DNA of 64,000 bases. Source: Malacoraja senta. Its lineage: Eukaryota. The notes beneath the pieces were generated by a model that had not been told where the DNA came from, did not search any database, and saw nothing but the letters and a program-made list of their open reading frames with translations. The stretch covers positions 248,001 to 312,000 of the forward strand of contig JAXLNO010000627.1 of assembly GCA_038087875.1 (NCBI GenBank), in the 5' to 3' direction. The stretch's first letter is position 1. Each line of letters begins with the position of its first letter. The position numbers and the translations under genes are program-made. Positions 41,190 through 54,500 of this stretch are shown in pieces.

Positions 41190-44100
41190 TCCGTGGATTG
41201 TCACCTTGCCTTGGTGGAGAAGCTTGTGTGGTCCTGAGATCCTAAGAGCAATGCCGTCTGGAGCTATTCTCCTGGTAAGGCCACCCATGGCGGTAAGGTC
41301 GAGGGGGAGGTCTCTGACAAAGAGCAATCCAACCAAGACCTCAATGGTGGAACAGGCGGTGGATGATGGCGCACTTTAGTAGAGCGTCACAACGGTTGGG
41401 AAGGCGGATGAAGGCTGCAGCAGAAAAGGGTCTCCAGTCATCTTGGACTCCATGCCTCTGGATTCTGATCCAGATCTGTCACGGTGGCTGTCTGTGCCCA
41501 GTCCACCCCTCCGTTAAACAAAGTCACGCACAGGCGTCTTCCATATAGGGAATCCACCCTAACACCCTGGATTAAGTGCTATGGCTATCAACAAGTGGCG
41601 ACGGGGGCAGGATTGTGAGATCTGGAAGCTTCTAGTCATGAGCTGGCACATCAGGCGGTGGGCGCTAGATTCAGTCATTGGACTCCTGGATCGAGGCAGA
41701 AGAGCCCTTAGGCAGCTGCACCCATGACTGAGCAGTCCTCTTTAGGATCCACTCTGCTCACCCCACTTGGGGAAAGGGCTAGAAAAGGTGCCCTAAAAAT
41801 AGCCTGCCTCAAACTTACCGACTGGGTTACCGCGTCCAGAGATATCACCACACGTGGTCAGAAACACAGAAATATGAATATGAACTTGAGCATGGAATGT
41901 GCGCACATTGATGGATAGTGTAAGCAGTAACAGACCAGAGAGGAGAACCGCGATCATCGCTGGAGAACTGAGAAGATGCCGGATTGACATAGTTGCCCTT
42001 TCTGAAACCCAGCGGGCAGACGAAGGACAACTGAAGGAGGAGAAATGTGGCTACACTTTCTTCTGGAAAAGGAAAGCTGCTGATGAGCCCAGGATCCATG
42101 GTGTTGGGTTTGACATCAGGAACCAGCTCATCAGCCACCTCTCTGAACTTCCTGTGGGAATCAGTGAGCGTCTCATGACCATCCATCTGGTCCTTGCCAA
42201 GAACCTGATGGCAACAGTTGTGAGTGCCTATGCCCCTACTTTAGACTCTGAAGAGGAAGCAAAAGAGACCTTCTATGCCCACTTGGACGAGACACTGTCT
42301 AAAATCCCCAGGGAGGATAAGATTATTCTCCTAGGAGATTTCAACGCCAGGGTTGGCCGGGACCAACACCTCTGGAAAGGTAGCATAGGAAAGGAAGGCA
42401 TCGGGAAAATTAACTCCAATGGAGCTCTGCTTCTCAGAAAATGTGCTCAGCATGACCTCATCATCACTAACACCCTCTTTCACCAGAAAAACAAACTTAA
42501 GGCATCTTGGAGACACCCACACTCCAAACAGTGGCATTTCATTGAATATGTCATCGTACGAGCCAGGGACCGCCATGACGTGAACATCACAAGGGCCATG
42601 ATCGATGCAGATGACTGTTGTACAGATCATCGCCTCACCCGCTCCATGATGTCCATCAAACTCAAGAGGAAGTGGAGGATTCAAACAAAGCAGATCCGGC
42701 CAAGGCTGAACCTTGAAAACCTGGAGGAAACTGCTACCCAGCAGTGATTTCAGGCTTCTCTTGGGGAAAGTCTCCAACAGGAATATCCTGATGATATTGA
42801 AGGGCCCTGGAGCTGGCTGAAATCCACCATCCTTGATACCTGTTAAAACATCCTTGGGTGCAAGTCCAGAAAACACCAGGACTGCTTTGACGAGAATGAC
42901 ACAGAGATAGAACAACTCATCTCCAAGAAAAGGAAAGCCTTTCGTGCCTGGCAAAATGATGTAACCTGCAAGGCCAAAAGAGCGGCTCAGTCCAGAGCCA
43001 AAGCGGACGTCCAGAGCCGGGTGAGGGAGCTAAAGAATTCTTGGTGGACAGATAAGGCTCTGGAAATCCAGAGACTGGCAGACTCGGGTGACACCAGCGG
43101 CTTCTTCAGCGCTATTAAGGCCATCTATGGTCCAAGCTACCGCGGCTTAACCCCCCTGAGCTCAAAAGATGGACAAGAACTGCTGAAGGACAATGAGTCC
43201 GTTAACGCCCGATGGAAAGAGCACTTCCAGGAACTCCTCAACCGTGACAGCACAACTGAACCAGACATTACCCACCAAATCCCCCAGAATCCCATCAGAG
43301 AAGACATGGAAGAACCTCCCACTATGACAGAGGTTCAAGATGCCATCAAGAGCCTTAAGAACAAAAAGGCCACCAGTCCAGATGGGATCCCAGCTGAGAT
43401 CTTAAAGGAAGGTGGACCGGACCTCCTGTACCACATTCATGCCCTACTCCTGAAGGTCTGGGAAAAAGAAGAACTTCCCTCAGAACTCAGGGATGCTCTA
43501 ATAGTGTCCATTTTCAAGAAGGGGGACAAGGCTGAATATTGAAACTACAGGGGCATCTCGCTCCTGTCAACAACAGGCAAAGTCCTAGCTCGTGACCTCG
43601 CAAACCGACTTCTACCTCTGTCTGCGGAGGTACTCCCAGAATCACAGTGTGGCTTCCGTCCATCCAGAGGTACAGCAGACATGATATTTACAGCACGCCA
43701 ACTCCAGGAAGAATGCCGTGAACAAAGGCAGCCTTTGTACATGGCCTTCATTGTCCTGACAAAGGCTTTTCACTCTGTACACCGCCCGGCTCGTTGCAGC
43801 ATACTATCAAGGTACGGTTGTCACGACAAGTACATCACAATATTGAGGCTTCTACATGATAGCATGTTGGTCACAGTTCTCAGCAACTGCGGCTCTGAGT
43901 ACGAGCCCTTCCCTATGGAAACGGGGGTCAAACAGGGATGCATCATAGCACCCACCCTGTTTGTCATCTACATTGCTGCCATACTTCACCTCATTGGTGA
44001 AGAGCTGCCACAGGGGATCCCAATCCTCTACAGAACTGACAGTGGCTCTTCAACCTTAATAGACTCACTAACGCCGCCATCATGGAGCTTCAGTACGCGG

Positions 44101-45088
44101 ACCACTGCGCCATTGCAGCACACTCTGCAGAAGACCTTCAGGGCATCCTGATTGCCTTTGCCAAGTCATACAGAGCCATGTGCCTAGCCTCAAATATCAA
44201 GAAGACCCAGGTCCTACATCAACCTCCACCCAACAAGCCGTCTACCCAGCCCACTATAAAAGTGGACGACACCACTCTTGAAAACGTTGACCACTTCCCC
44301 TAACTCAAAAGCTGACATTGACTCCGAGGTCAACCATCGCCTGAGTTGTGCCAGCGGAGCCTGCACCAGGCTGAGGAGAAGAGTCACTGAAGAACGAGAC
44401 CTACAGGCTCAAACAAAACTGCTGGTCTCCAGAACCGTTGTCCTCTCCACCCTGTTGTATGGAGCCGAGTCATGGACCACCTACAGCAGGCACCTGAGAG
44501 CCCTGGAACAATATCATCAAAGATCCTTACGAAAGATTCAGAGGATCAGCTGGGAGGACAAACGCACCAACATCAGCATTGTGGAGGAAGCCAAGATGAC
44601 CAGCATCACCACCACAATAATGCAGCACCAACTTTGATGGACTGGTCATGTCATCCGCATGTCCAACACACGTCTCCCTAAACAAATACTGTACTCTCAA
44701 CTGAAGAAAGGTCGGCGAGCCCCCGCCAGGCCAAAGAAACGCTTCAAGGACAACATCAAAAACAGTCTGAAGAAATTCCACATCACATCGAGCAACTGGG
44801 AGCACATTACACTGGACAGGCGCTCCTGGAGGAAATCCGTGCAGGAAGGAGCAGCACTTCATGAAATGGAACGACGCCGTGTCACAGAGACAAAGCGACA
44901 GCACCGTAAGGAGAGAGAGAAGGGGGCTCGATGACTACCAACCACCGCCAGTCTCCGCTGCCCACGTTGCACCAAGGTGTGTGGATCGCGGATCGACCTC
45001 TACAGACATCTGCAGACCCACAAGTAGACGATCCTATGGAGAGGAGAGGACAGTCACACTCATTTTGAGTGACCTCCGATGATGATGA
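41190..45088 (+). mobile_element. Near full-length RTE (BovB/Expander-like) LINE, inactivated by stops and frameshifts
   Basis: APE domain in ORF 41899-42747 (DIVALSET, SAYAPT, LLGDFNA, TDHRL); RT (SPDGIPAE, GVKQGCIIAP, LQYAD); (GAT)n tail; BovA-like 5' leader at ~41198-41340. Confidence 0.9.
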
Positions 45089-45089
45089 A

Positions 45090-48000
45090 ACCTTCTCCCC
45101 CCCCCCCTCATCTTAAACCTATGTCCTCCGGTTCACGATTCACCCACTCTGGGCAAGAGACTCTGTGCTTCTCCCTGATCTAGTCCTCTAGCGATTATAA
45201 TAGAGCCGTCCATAAGGGAATAACGTTTAGTGCAAGATAAAGCCAGTAAAGTTTGGTCAAAGATAGTACGATAGTAGTTCAGGACTGCTCTCTGGTTGTG
45301 GTAGCATGGTCCAGTTGTCTGTTAACAGCTGGGAAGAAACTCTCCCTAAATCTGGAGGTGTGCGTTTTCACACTTCTGTACCTCATGCCCGATGGGAGAG
45401 GGGAAAAGAGGGAGTGGCTGGGGTGCGACTCATCTTTGATTATGCTGCTGGCCTTGCCGAGGCAGCGTGAGGTGTAGATGGAGTCAACCGGCCAACATGC
45501 CCAATCGACACTAGTCCCACCTGCCTGCGTTTGGTCTATATCCCTCTAAACCTGGCCTATCCATGTACCTGTTCAACTGTTTCTTAAACACTACGCCCGT
45601 GCCTCAACTACCTCCTCCGGCAGCTCGTTCCATACACCTACCACCCTTTGTATGAAAATGTTATCCCTCAGGTTCCTACTAAATCTTCCTCCCCCCCCCA
45701 CTCAGCACCTCCCCTCCTCTCCCTCATCTTAAACCTATGTCCTTTGATGCTCGATTCCCCTATTCTGGGCAAGAGAATCTGTGCATCTACCCGATCAATT
45801 CCTCTCATGTTTTTACACACCTCTATAGGATCACCCCTCATCCTCCTGTGCTCCAAGGAATAGACTCCCAGACTGCTCAATCTCTCCCTGTAGCTCAGGC
45901 CTTCAATCCAGGAGGACAAGAGTAGGTGACGTTTCTAGTGAGGTACATCTTTTATTTGCTATCGTCCTCATGATTTTCATTGCCTGTATAACTCATTATT
46001 ACCTACCCCAGAGCCAACAATTGACCATTGTTGGCTCTTCATTTTACCTGATCATCGTTGCTTTTGCATAACTTTCATTCATTTGTGCCATGTATATCTC
46101 TTGTTTCCCTCTCCCCAACTCTCCGTATGGGTCTTGACCCGAAACGTCACTTATTCCTTTTCTCCAGAGATGCAGCCTGACCCGCTGAGTTACTCCAGTA
46201 CTTTGTACCTGTCCATGTTCTCCAGAGATGCTGCCTGACCCGCTGAGTTACTCCAGTACTTTGTACCTGTCCATGTTCTCCAGAGATGCTGCCTGACCCG
46301 CTGAGTTACTCCAGCACTTTGTGTCTGTCATGAATGTTGATATCTTGTTTCAATGAAAAGGCGATATTGGATCACCTTTATACCAAACACGTGGTTCACG
46401 TTCACAAGATCACATTATTGCAGTAGAATAAGGCCATTCGCCCCATCAAGTCCATCATTCAACCATGGCTGATCTCTGCCTCCTAATCCCACTTTCCTGC
46501 CTTCTCCCCATAACCCTTGCCACCCGTTCTAATCAAGAACTTGTTTATCTCTGCCTTAAAAATATCCATTGACTTGGCCTCCACAGCCCTCTGTGGCAAT
46601 GAGTTCCACAAATTGACTACCCTCTGACTAAAGAAATTCCAATGAGGTCCCCCCGTCAACCTTCTAAACTCCAGTGAGTAGAGGCCCAGTGCTATTAAGC
46701 GCTCATTATATGTTCACACACTCATTCCTGGAATCATTCTTATAAACTCCTCTGGACCCTCTCCAGAGCCAGCACATCCTTCCTCAGATATGGAGTCCAA
46801 ATTTGCTCACAATGCTCCAAATGCAGCCTGACCAGCGCCTTATAGAGCCTCAGCATTACATCCCTGTTTATGTATTCCATATAAATGCCAGCATTAAATT
46901 TGCTTTCCTTCCTACCGATTTAACTTACAAATTAACTTTTTGCGAGTCCTGCACCAGCACTCCCAAGTACCTTTGCACCTCCGATTTCTGGATTCTCTCT
47001 CCATTTAGAAAATAATCTACACCTTTACTCTTATTACCAAAATGCATGACTCCTCCTTTGCACACTGAATTTCATCTGCTACTTCTCTGCCCACTCTCCT
47101 AACCTGTCCAAGTCCTTCTGCAGACTTCTCTACACTACAGAAGAAGGGTCTGAAGAAGGGTTTCAGCCCGAAACGTTACCTATTTCCTTCGCTCCATAGA
47201 TGCTGCTGCACCCGCTGAGTTTCTCCAGCATTTTTGTGTACCTTCTCTACACTACACATCATCTGCAAACTTGGCCACATCGCCTTCAATCCCCTTATCC
47301 AAATCATTAATATACAATGTATCATCAAGGACCCACACCATCCTGGCCACACACTCATCTCCCCGCTACCTTCAGGTAGAAGGTACAGGAGCCTGAAGAC
47401 TGCAACGACCATGTTCAGGAATAGCTACTTCCCCACAGCCATCAGGCTATTAAAATTGGCTCGGACAAAACTCTGAACATTAATAGCCTATTATCTGTTT
47501 ATTTGCACCTTATCTGTTTATTTATTCATGTGTATATATATTTATATAATGGTATATGGACACACTGATCTGTTCTGTAGTCATGCCCACTATGTTCTGT
47601 TGTGCTGAAGCAAAGCTAGAATTTCATTGTCCTATCAGGGACACATGACAATAAACTCTCTTGAATCTTGATCTTGACGTTAAGTGAAGCGGCCCCAGCA
47701 CCGACCCTTGCGGAACTCCACTGGTCACTGGCAGCAAACCTGAAAAAGCGACTTTTATTGCAACTCTTTGCCTTCTGCCATCCAGCCAGTCCGCTATCCA
47801 TGCTAGTATCTTCCCTTTAATACTATGGTCTCTCATCTTCCCCAGCAGCAAGACGTGAGGCACCTTATTGAAGACTTTCTGAAAATCTAGGGAAAGAAAC
47901 ATAGAAATGTAGAAAATAGGTGCAGGAGTAGGCCATTTGGCCCTGCGAGCCAGCACAGCCATTCAATATGATTATGGCTGATCATCCAAAATTAGTACCC

Positions 48001-48178
48001 CGTTCCTGCTTTTTCCCCATATCCCTTGATTCTGTTAGCCCTAAGAGCTTAACTCTCTCTTGAAAACATCCAGTGAATTGGCCTCCACTGCCTTCTGTGG
48101 CAGAGATTTCTACAAATTCACAACTCTCTGGGTGAAAAGGTTTTTCCTCATCTCAGTCCTAAATGGCTGACCCCTTAT
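45090..48178. mobile_element. Patchwork of nested CR1, Rex-like and Penelope-module fragments
   Basis: CR1 peptides in ORFs 45668-45919 and 47624-47962; DPHHPGH..PSGRRY in 47234-47476; hammerhead module at 47150-47240. Confidence 0.7.
46160..46325 (+). repeat. Three tandem ~58-bp copies of the Penelope-module 3' part; four copies in reverse at ~57150-57365
   Basis: TCTCCAGAGATGCTGCCTGACCCGCTGAGTTACTCCAG repeated. Confidence 0.85.
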
Positions 48179-51100
48179 CAGTGGTGGATCTAGTTGAAGA
48201 GAGGCCCTAGGCTATTCCACTTGTGAGGTCCCTTCCAATCCCCCACCCCCACGACTAGAGGAAGATAGAAGAGTGTTTTAAATAATTTGAGTAAAGCCAA
48301 GGATGATGACGGGTGTTTAAAATTCCGCAATTCACACTTCCTTCTCTAAAGGACATAAAATGTTATTGTTAGATACCGTAGTGATTGAAAACAAATGCAT
48401 CAATGTTAAAACTGAACTTTGTAAACATTTTGTGGATTAAGCAGGAATTTTTAGGAAAATACCAGTGAGGTAACGTGTGCGGCACAGCCGCCGACAGTGA
48501 GGTACGTGTGCGGCACAGCCGCCGCCAGTGAGGTACGTGTGCGGCACGGCCGCCGCCACAGCCCCGTGATCCGAAAGACGTCATCAGCTGAAACCGCAAG
48601 CTCGTTGAACCGGCCGTACTTGGCCCCCTGCGCAGCATCCATGCGGCGCTCTCGTGGTTGCCGTGCGGTCCCCTCTTCCGGCGACGCCGCGCTTCACCGC
48701 CAACGACAGAGAGTGCTCTTCTGTAGGCCTATGGCTTTGTCACACATACAAGTGAAAGTGCAAAAGTTCATCAGTAAGTTTCAGGTCAACATCTTCTGGG
48801 TATGCTTCCATCAACAGTTCAACACCTTGCTGAATTTCTTGCTTAGATGCGGTCAGATTAGCATGAAAGGAAAACATTTGTGCAACATCACTGTACACAG
48901 TAGCTCTTCTTCTTAAATTGGTTTCAAGTGCATCTAGTATAAGAATAAAGGATTTTATCCTAAACTTACTCTTGAAGAGAGTTTATCTAAAGCATCAGGA
49001 CCAGTGGTGCACTTCCATCATTTCCTTGCCATTTCCTTACTCTTTGTCTCCTTGTGACAGTTCTGTAGTTAACATTTGGCAATGTGGCCTTTGTTTGTTG
49101 CTCAAGCTCATCAAAATCGTCTCTAACTTTGCTTTTAAATTCCTGAAATGAACTGTACAAACTTGCACAAGTACTCAATAACAGTTTTGATTTCTGAATG
49201 GCTTTGTTGACCTTGTGAAAATGAACTAGCACACAGGTCCAAAAATGCAGCATAAACACAAATTCCAGTTCTTCCATTTTGTGCAAAAGATTGTTAGCTT
49301 GAAGCCTGGTATCACCCTTCACATTAACACCTGAGTACAAATGACAGAGGGCATCAGTGATAGCACTGTAACTTTCCAAAATAGCTTCTGTGGCTTTTGC
49401 ATGTGCCTCCCACCTAGTGTCTGATAAATATTTATGCACTTTTGACTGAGGTTGCAAAAATGATTTTAGAACTGCTTTAGAACAGCTTTTCATCCCCCAC
49501 TCTTTGTGGAGGATGAAAAGAAGGTATACATTTCATTGATAATTCCAAAAAGTTCACTGCATCAAGGCAGCAATCAACAGCTGAACGACCCACCAAATTT
49601 AATGAGTGACCAGCGCATGGAATTAATCTTGAAAATTTGTTTTTTTTCGATGATTTTTTGCTGCATATCCTCGTACCTACCAGCCATGTTGAAAGCATTA
49701 TCATAAGACTGCCCTCGGCATTTTCTAAAGTCAATTTCAAGCTCAGTAGTGAGATAGTTAAACACTAAATCAGCCATGCTTTCTCCTGTGTGGTCTTTTA
49801 GCTCAAGGAAAGTTTAAAAAAATCTCTCACTTGTAAAATGTTGCGACTGGCTCTGAAAGACCAAGATAATTGCTGTTATTTGGAGATTCAAATTGTTCAT
49901 TGTCTACTCTGAATGGTAAGCCTTGTTCTACAAGAGTGCATATTACAGCGATAATTCTCTCCATGACGCCGGCAGTACTGCTGTTCTGCTTTTATTTGTT
50001 CCTCTAGCTTTGAAGTTAATGTTTGCCCTCGCTTTCTTGTTAAGTAGGTTAAGTTCAACATGGCATTCCTGTGCTTCTCTGAGTTTTCATGAGTTTCGAT
50101 AAGACAGGGGTTTTGCCAATCATCAAACCCTTCAGAAGCTAAAGATGTAGCAGAAGATGCAATGTTTGGAAAGAGTTTACTGACAAAGCAACATATCCGG
50201 CCTTTTGAGGGAGAATACACAAGCCACTCTCGGCTATATGTTTCTCCATTGACTTTTGTTGAATAAAAAAGAGCTTTTGTGCAAAACCTCGACTGCTTTT
50301 TATACACTCGCTTGGCATTTGAAAATGGTCCACAATGAAGCTGAACTTGAGCGGGGCCCCTTTCTACCCAATAGGATATGTCCTCATGTGATAATTCTGT
50401 CCACAAACCAACGTCTGTTACAGTAGATCTATGTTTGGCATCATCTATATCTGAGTCTGGAATACCTTGGACTTGGCCTACCTTACCAGGTGTGAGCTGG
50501 AAATTTTGACTATCCACATTATTTTTTTGTCGCTCTTTAGCCTCTCCCTGTCCATTAAGTGACTCCTGAATTAGTTCTATATTTTCATTTTGAGCCGGCA
50601 TCATGGCTGCTTTCTCATATTCAGCTTGCTGATCCACGTCCTGTTTCACTGTTTCTGTTTCAGGGAGGTTTTCTTCTGGTTGAATGCTAGTGGTTGCCTG
50701 GATAGCTCCACCACACTGATTTCCTTGTGTTAGTATCAATGTATCTGTTTCACCGCTGGCACTTGTTGCCTCTGTCAGTGGCTGATCGAAGAGAGCAGTG
50801 ATTGGTCTTAATTTCTTTAACATATCATTTTCAAGTCTCTTTCACTTGCGCTTGCTTGCACCACTTAAAAAAATGTCTTTATAATATTTGGGAAATATTT
50901 CTTAAAGAATTGTTCCTTATTGACAATTATATTGCAAAATCTGAATGAAATCTGAATGAAATCTGCTTCCAAAAACCGTTTACAAAACGAGTATGCTTTT
51001 TCCTATCGTTAACAAAGATGCTACAAATAAGCTTAGTTTTATTACTAACCTGACAGTGGCAGCCACAACACTACACAGTAGGTTTCTAGCAATGATTATC

Positions 51101-51567
51101 AGCTCTACCCCTAGCATCACTCCTTGGCAACTTCCTAGTTCAAATATCTTTGCACTTTCCTACTTACCCCTAAGTTTTGACTTTTGAAGCCTGCAAGTAT
51201 CCAAAGATGTTCCCTGCACCTGCCATCGCTGCTCACTGGAGCACGTGTGAAAGTTTGCCGGACCCCGGTGCCACCAGATTGTGCAGCCGAGCGTGGCCAA
51301 TGAGATAAGGGGCCTGAAAGCAGCGCTTTAAAAAATTTATGTATTGCCAGTGCTAGTGTCGAGTTATCGGCTTAAAACAGTATTATTCTGAAATGGAGGG
51401 CAAGGAAAAATACTGAAGGGGTGTTTAGAGACTACAGTCCGTTGTGACAGCATATGTGAGAAAGGCCTATGACAGTATCAAAAATATTATACACCTTGGC
51501 CAGAGGCCCCCTAGATGTTGAGGCCCTAGGCTTCAGCCTACCAGGCCTATAGGTAAATCTGGCACTG
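48179..51567 (-). mobile_element. hAT DNA transposon with degenerate ZMYM1-like transposase (~48725-50880)
   Basis: TIRs CAGTGGTGGATCTA / TAAATCTGGCACTG; 8-bp TSD CCCCTTAT / CCCCATAT; REWLVYS..GFDDW..HENSEKH, CRGQSYDNA, CAGHSLNL, LSDTRW; inserted in a CR1 that resumes at ~51715. Confidence 0.88.
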
Positions 51568-51575
51568 CCCCATAT

Positions 51576-54500
51576 TCTTATAAGAAGGGTCTCGACCCAA
51601 AACGTCACCTATTCCTTCGCTCCATAGAAGCTGCCTCACCCACTGAGTTTCTCCAGCATTTTTGTCTACCTTCGATTTTTCCAGCATCTGCAGTTCTTTC
51701 TTAAACAAATCCATTATTCTTAAACTGTGACCCCTGGTTCTGGACTCCACCAACATCAGGAACATTCTTCCTGCATCTAGCCTGTCCAATCCCTTAAGAA
51801 TTTTATATATTTCTATAAGATACCCTCTCATCCTTCTAAATTGCAGTGAATACAAGCCCAGTCGATCCATTCTTTCATCCTATGACTGTCCTCCATCCAG
51901 GGAATTAACCTGGTGAACCTACGCTGCACTCCCTCAATAGCAAGAATGTCCTTCCTCAAATTAGGTGACCAACACTGCACACAATACTCCAGATGCGGTC
52001 TCACTAGGGCCCTGTACAACTGCAATAGGACCACCTTGCTCCTTTTCTCAAATCCTCTCGCTATGAAGGCCAACATGCCATTTGCTTTCTTCACTGCTTT
52101 CTTTCATCCACAGCCACCCCTCTGTCTGTCCTGGTATTAACTTCCTCAAAGAACTCCAGCAGATTTGTCAGGCAAGATCTTCCCTTCACAAAACCATGCT
52201 GACTTCGGCCCATTTTATCGTGAACTTCTAAGTACTGTGTAACCTCTTCCTTTACAATTGATTCTAAAATCTTACCACCCACCGAAGTCAGGCTAACCGG
52301 CCTATAGTTTCCGCTCTTCTGCTTTGCTGCCTTGTACAGCGGGATGATATTCACAAATTTCCCATCTTCATGAACCACTCCTAACTCTAGTGATTCTTGA
52401 AATATCACAACTAATGTCTCCATAATCTCTGAGGCCAGATGAGCTGTTGGCAGGCACATGGATAGGACAGGTTTGGAGGGATATGGGACAAATGTGGGCA
52501 GGTGGCAGTAATGTAGCTGGGACATGTAGGCCATTGAAAGCAAGTTGAGCCTAAGGGCCTGTTTCCACACTGGATCACTCTATGATTCTCTATCACTATG
52601 ATTCTAAGGCTCTGTAACTCTATGGCTCTATGAGAAGGCAGGAGAATGGGGTTAGGTGGGAGAGATAGATCAGCCATGATTGAATGGCGGAGTAGACATT
52701 CAGCTATCTATTTCTGCTCCTATCACTTATGACCTTATGATGTTTTCAGGGACATGTCAGTGTGTGTCTACTCACATTCTACAGTGAGTGTCACATCCCT
52801 CTCTGCTGCCCCGTGTTCATTCTCTGCCACACACTGATCCTGCCTTGTCAGCTGGGGGAACTCCATCCACAGCTCATTGCTGGAACGTGTTGCTTAAACA
52901 GCTCGTTGCTTAAACGCTGCCTCATTCTACCTCCTCTGGCAGCTCGTTCCAGACACCAACCAACCTTTGTATGAAAAAGTCACCCCCTAGATTCCTATTA
53001 AATCTTCCCCCCTTCACCTTGAGCCTATGCCCTCTGGTCCTCGATTCACCTACTTTGGGCAGGAGACTCGGTGCGTCTACCCGATCTATTCCTCTCATGA
53101 TTTTATACGCCTCTATAAGATCACCCCTCATCCTCCTGCGCTCCTTGAATAGAGTCCCAGCCTGCTCAACCTCTCCCTATAGCTCAGGCCCTCGAGTCCT
53201 GGCCACATCCTCGTAATTCTTATCTGTACCCTTTGCTGCTTCACAACATCTTTCCTATATTTTCTCTCTCCTCTTCTAAGATGAGGAAGATTAGATCAAG
53301 TTATTTGAAGCATTGTGTGCAGTTCTGGTCACCCCATTACAGGAAGGATGTGGCCAGGGTGCAGAATGCTGCCTGGATTAGAGAGTATTAGCAATAAGGA
53401 GTTTTAAGGAGGGCTCAGTGGTTGAAAGGTAGAGTTGCTGCCTCACAGCACCAGAGAGCCGGGTTTGATCCTGACTACGTATGCTTGTCTGTCGGGAGTT
53501 TGTAAATTCACCTCATGACCTGTGTGGGTTTTCTCCAGGTGTTCCGGTTTCCTCCCACACTCAAGTCGTACAGATTTGTAGGTTAGTTGACATGGTATAT
53601 TTGTAAATTGTCCCTAGTGTGTGTGGGATAGTGTAAGTGCGCGGGGATTGCTGGTAGGCGCGGACATGGTGGGCCGAAGGGCATATTTACTTGCTTTAGC
53701 TTTAAACTAAACTAAACTAAAGAGGTTGGAAAGATTTGGATTGTTTTCTATGGATTTGATAAATTCATAAGGTCATAAGTGAAAGGAGCAGAATTAGGCC
53801 ATTCGGCCCATCATGTCTATTCCGCCATTCAATCATGGCTGATCTATCTCGCCCTCCTAACCCCATTCTCCTGCCTTCCCATAACCCTTGACACCCGTAC
53901 TAATCAATAATCTATCTATCTCTGCCTTAAATATATCCACTGACTTGGTCTCTGCCGCCGTCTGTGGCAATGAATTCCACAGATTCACCACCCAGTTCAA
54001 AGGCTGAGGGGAGACCTGATAGAAATAGAAGTCAACAAAATAGAGAGAGTACAGAGGAGATTTACTAGAATGTTGCCTGGGTTTCAGCAACTAAGTTACA
54101 GAGAAAGGTTGAACAAGTTAGGTCTTTATTCTTTGGAGCGCAGGTTAAGAGGGGACTTGATAGAGGTCTTTAAAATTATGAGCGGGTTAGACAGAGTGGA
54201 CGTGGATAAGCTTTTCCCATTGAGAGTAGGGAAGATTCAAACAAGGGGACATGACTTGAGAATTAAGGGACAGAAGTTTAGGGGGAACATTAGGGGGAAC
54301 TTCTTTACTCAGAGAGTGGTAGCTGTGTGGAATGAGCTTCCAGTGGAAGTGGTGGAGGCAGGTTCGATGTTATCCTTTAAAAATAGATTGGATGGGTATA
54401 TGGACGAGAAAGGAATGGAGGGTTATGGTCTGAGTGCAGGTAGATGGGACTAGGAGGAAGTATTTATTTTTAATTAAAAAAAACATTTTTAAAAATTTAA

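Noticed and set aside
46160..46325. Regular direct repeats superficially like a CRISPR array
   Set aside because: The spacers are identical and the context is eukaryotic; simple tandem amplification
49897..50823. 308-aa ORF as a host ZMYM1 gene
   Set aside because: It lies within TIRs and a TSD, and the downstream transposase is frameshifted
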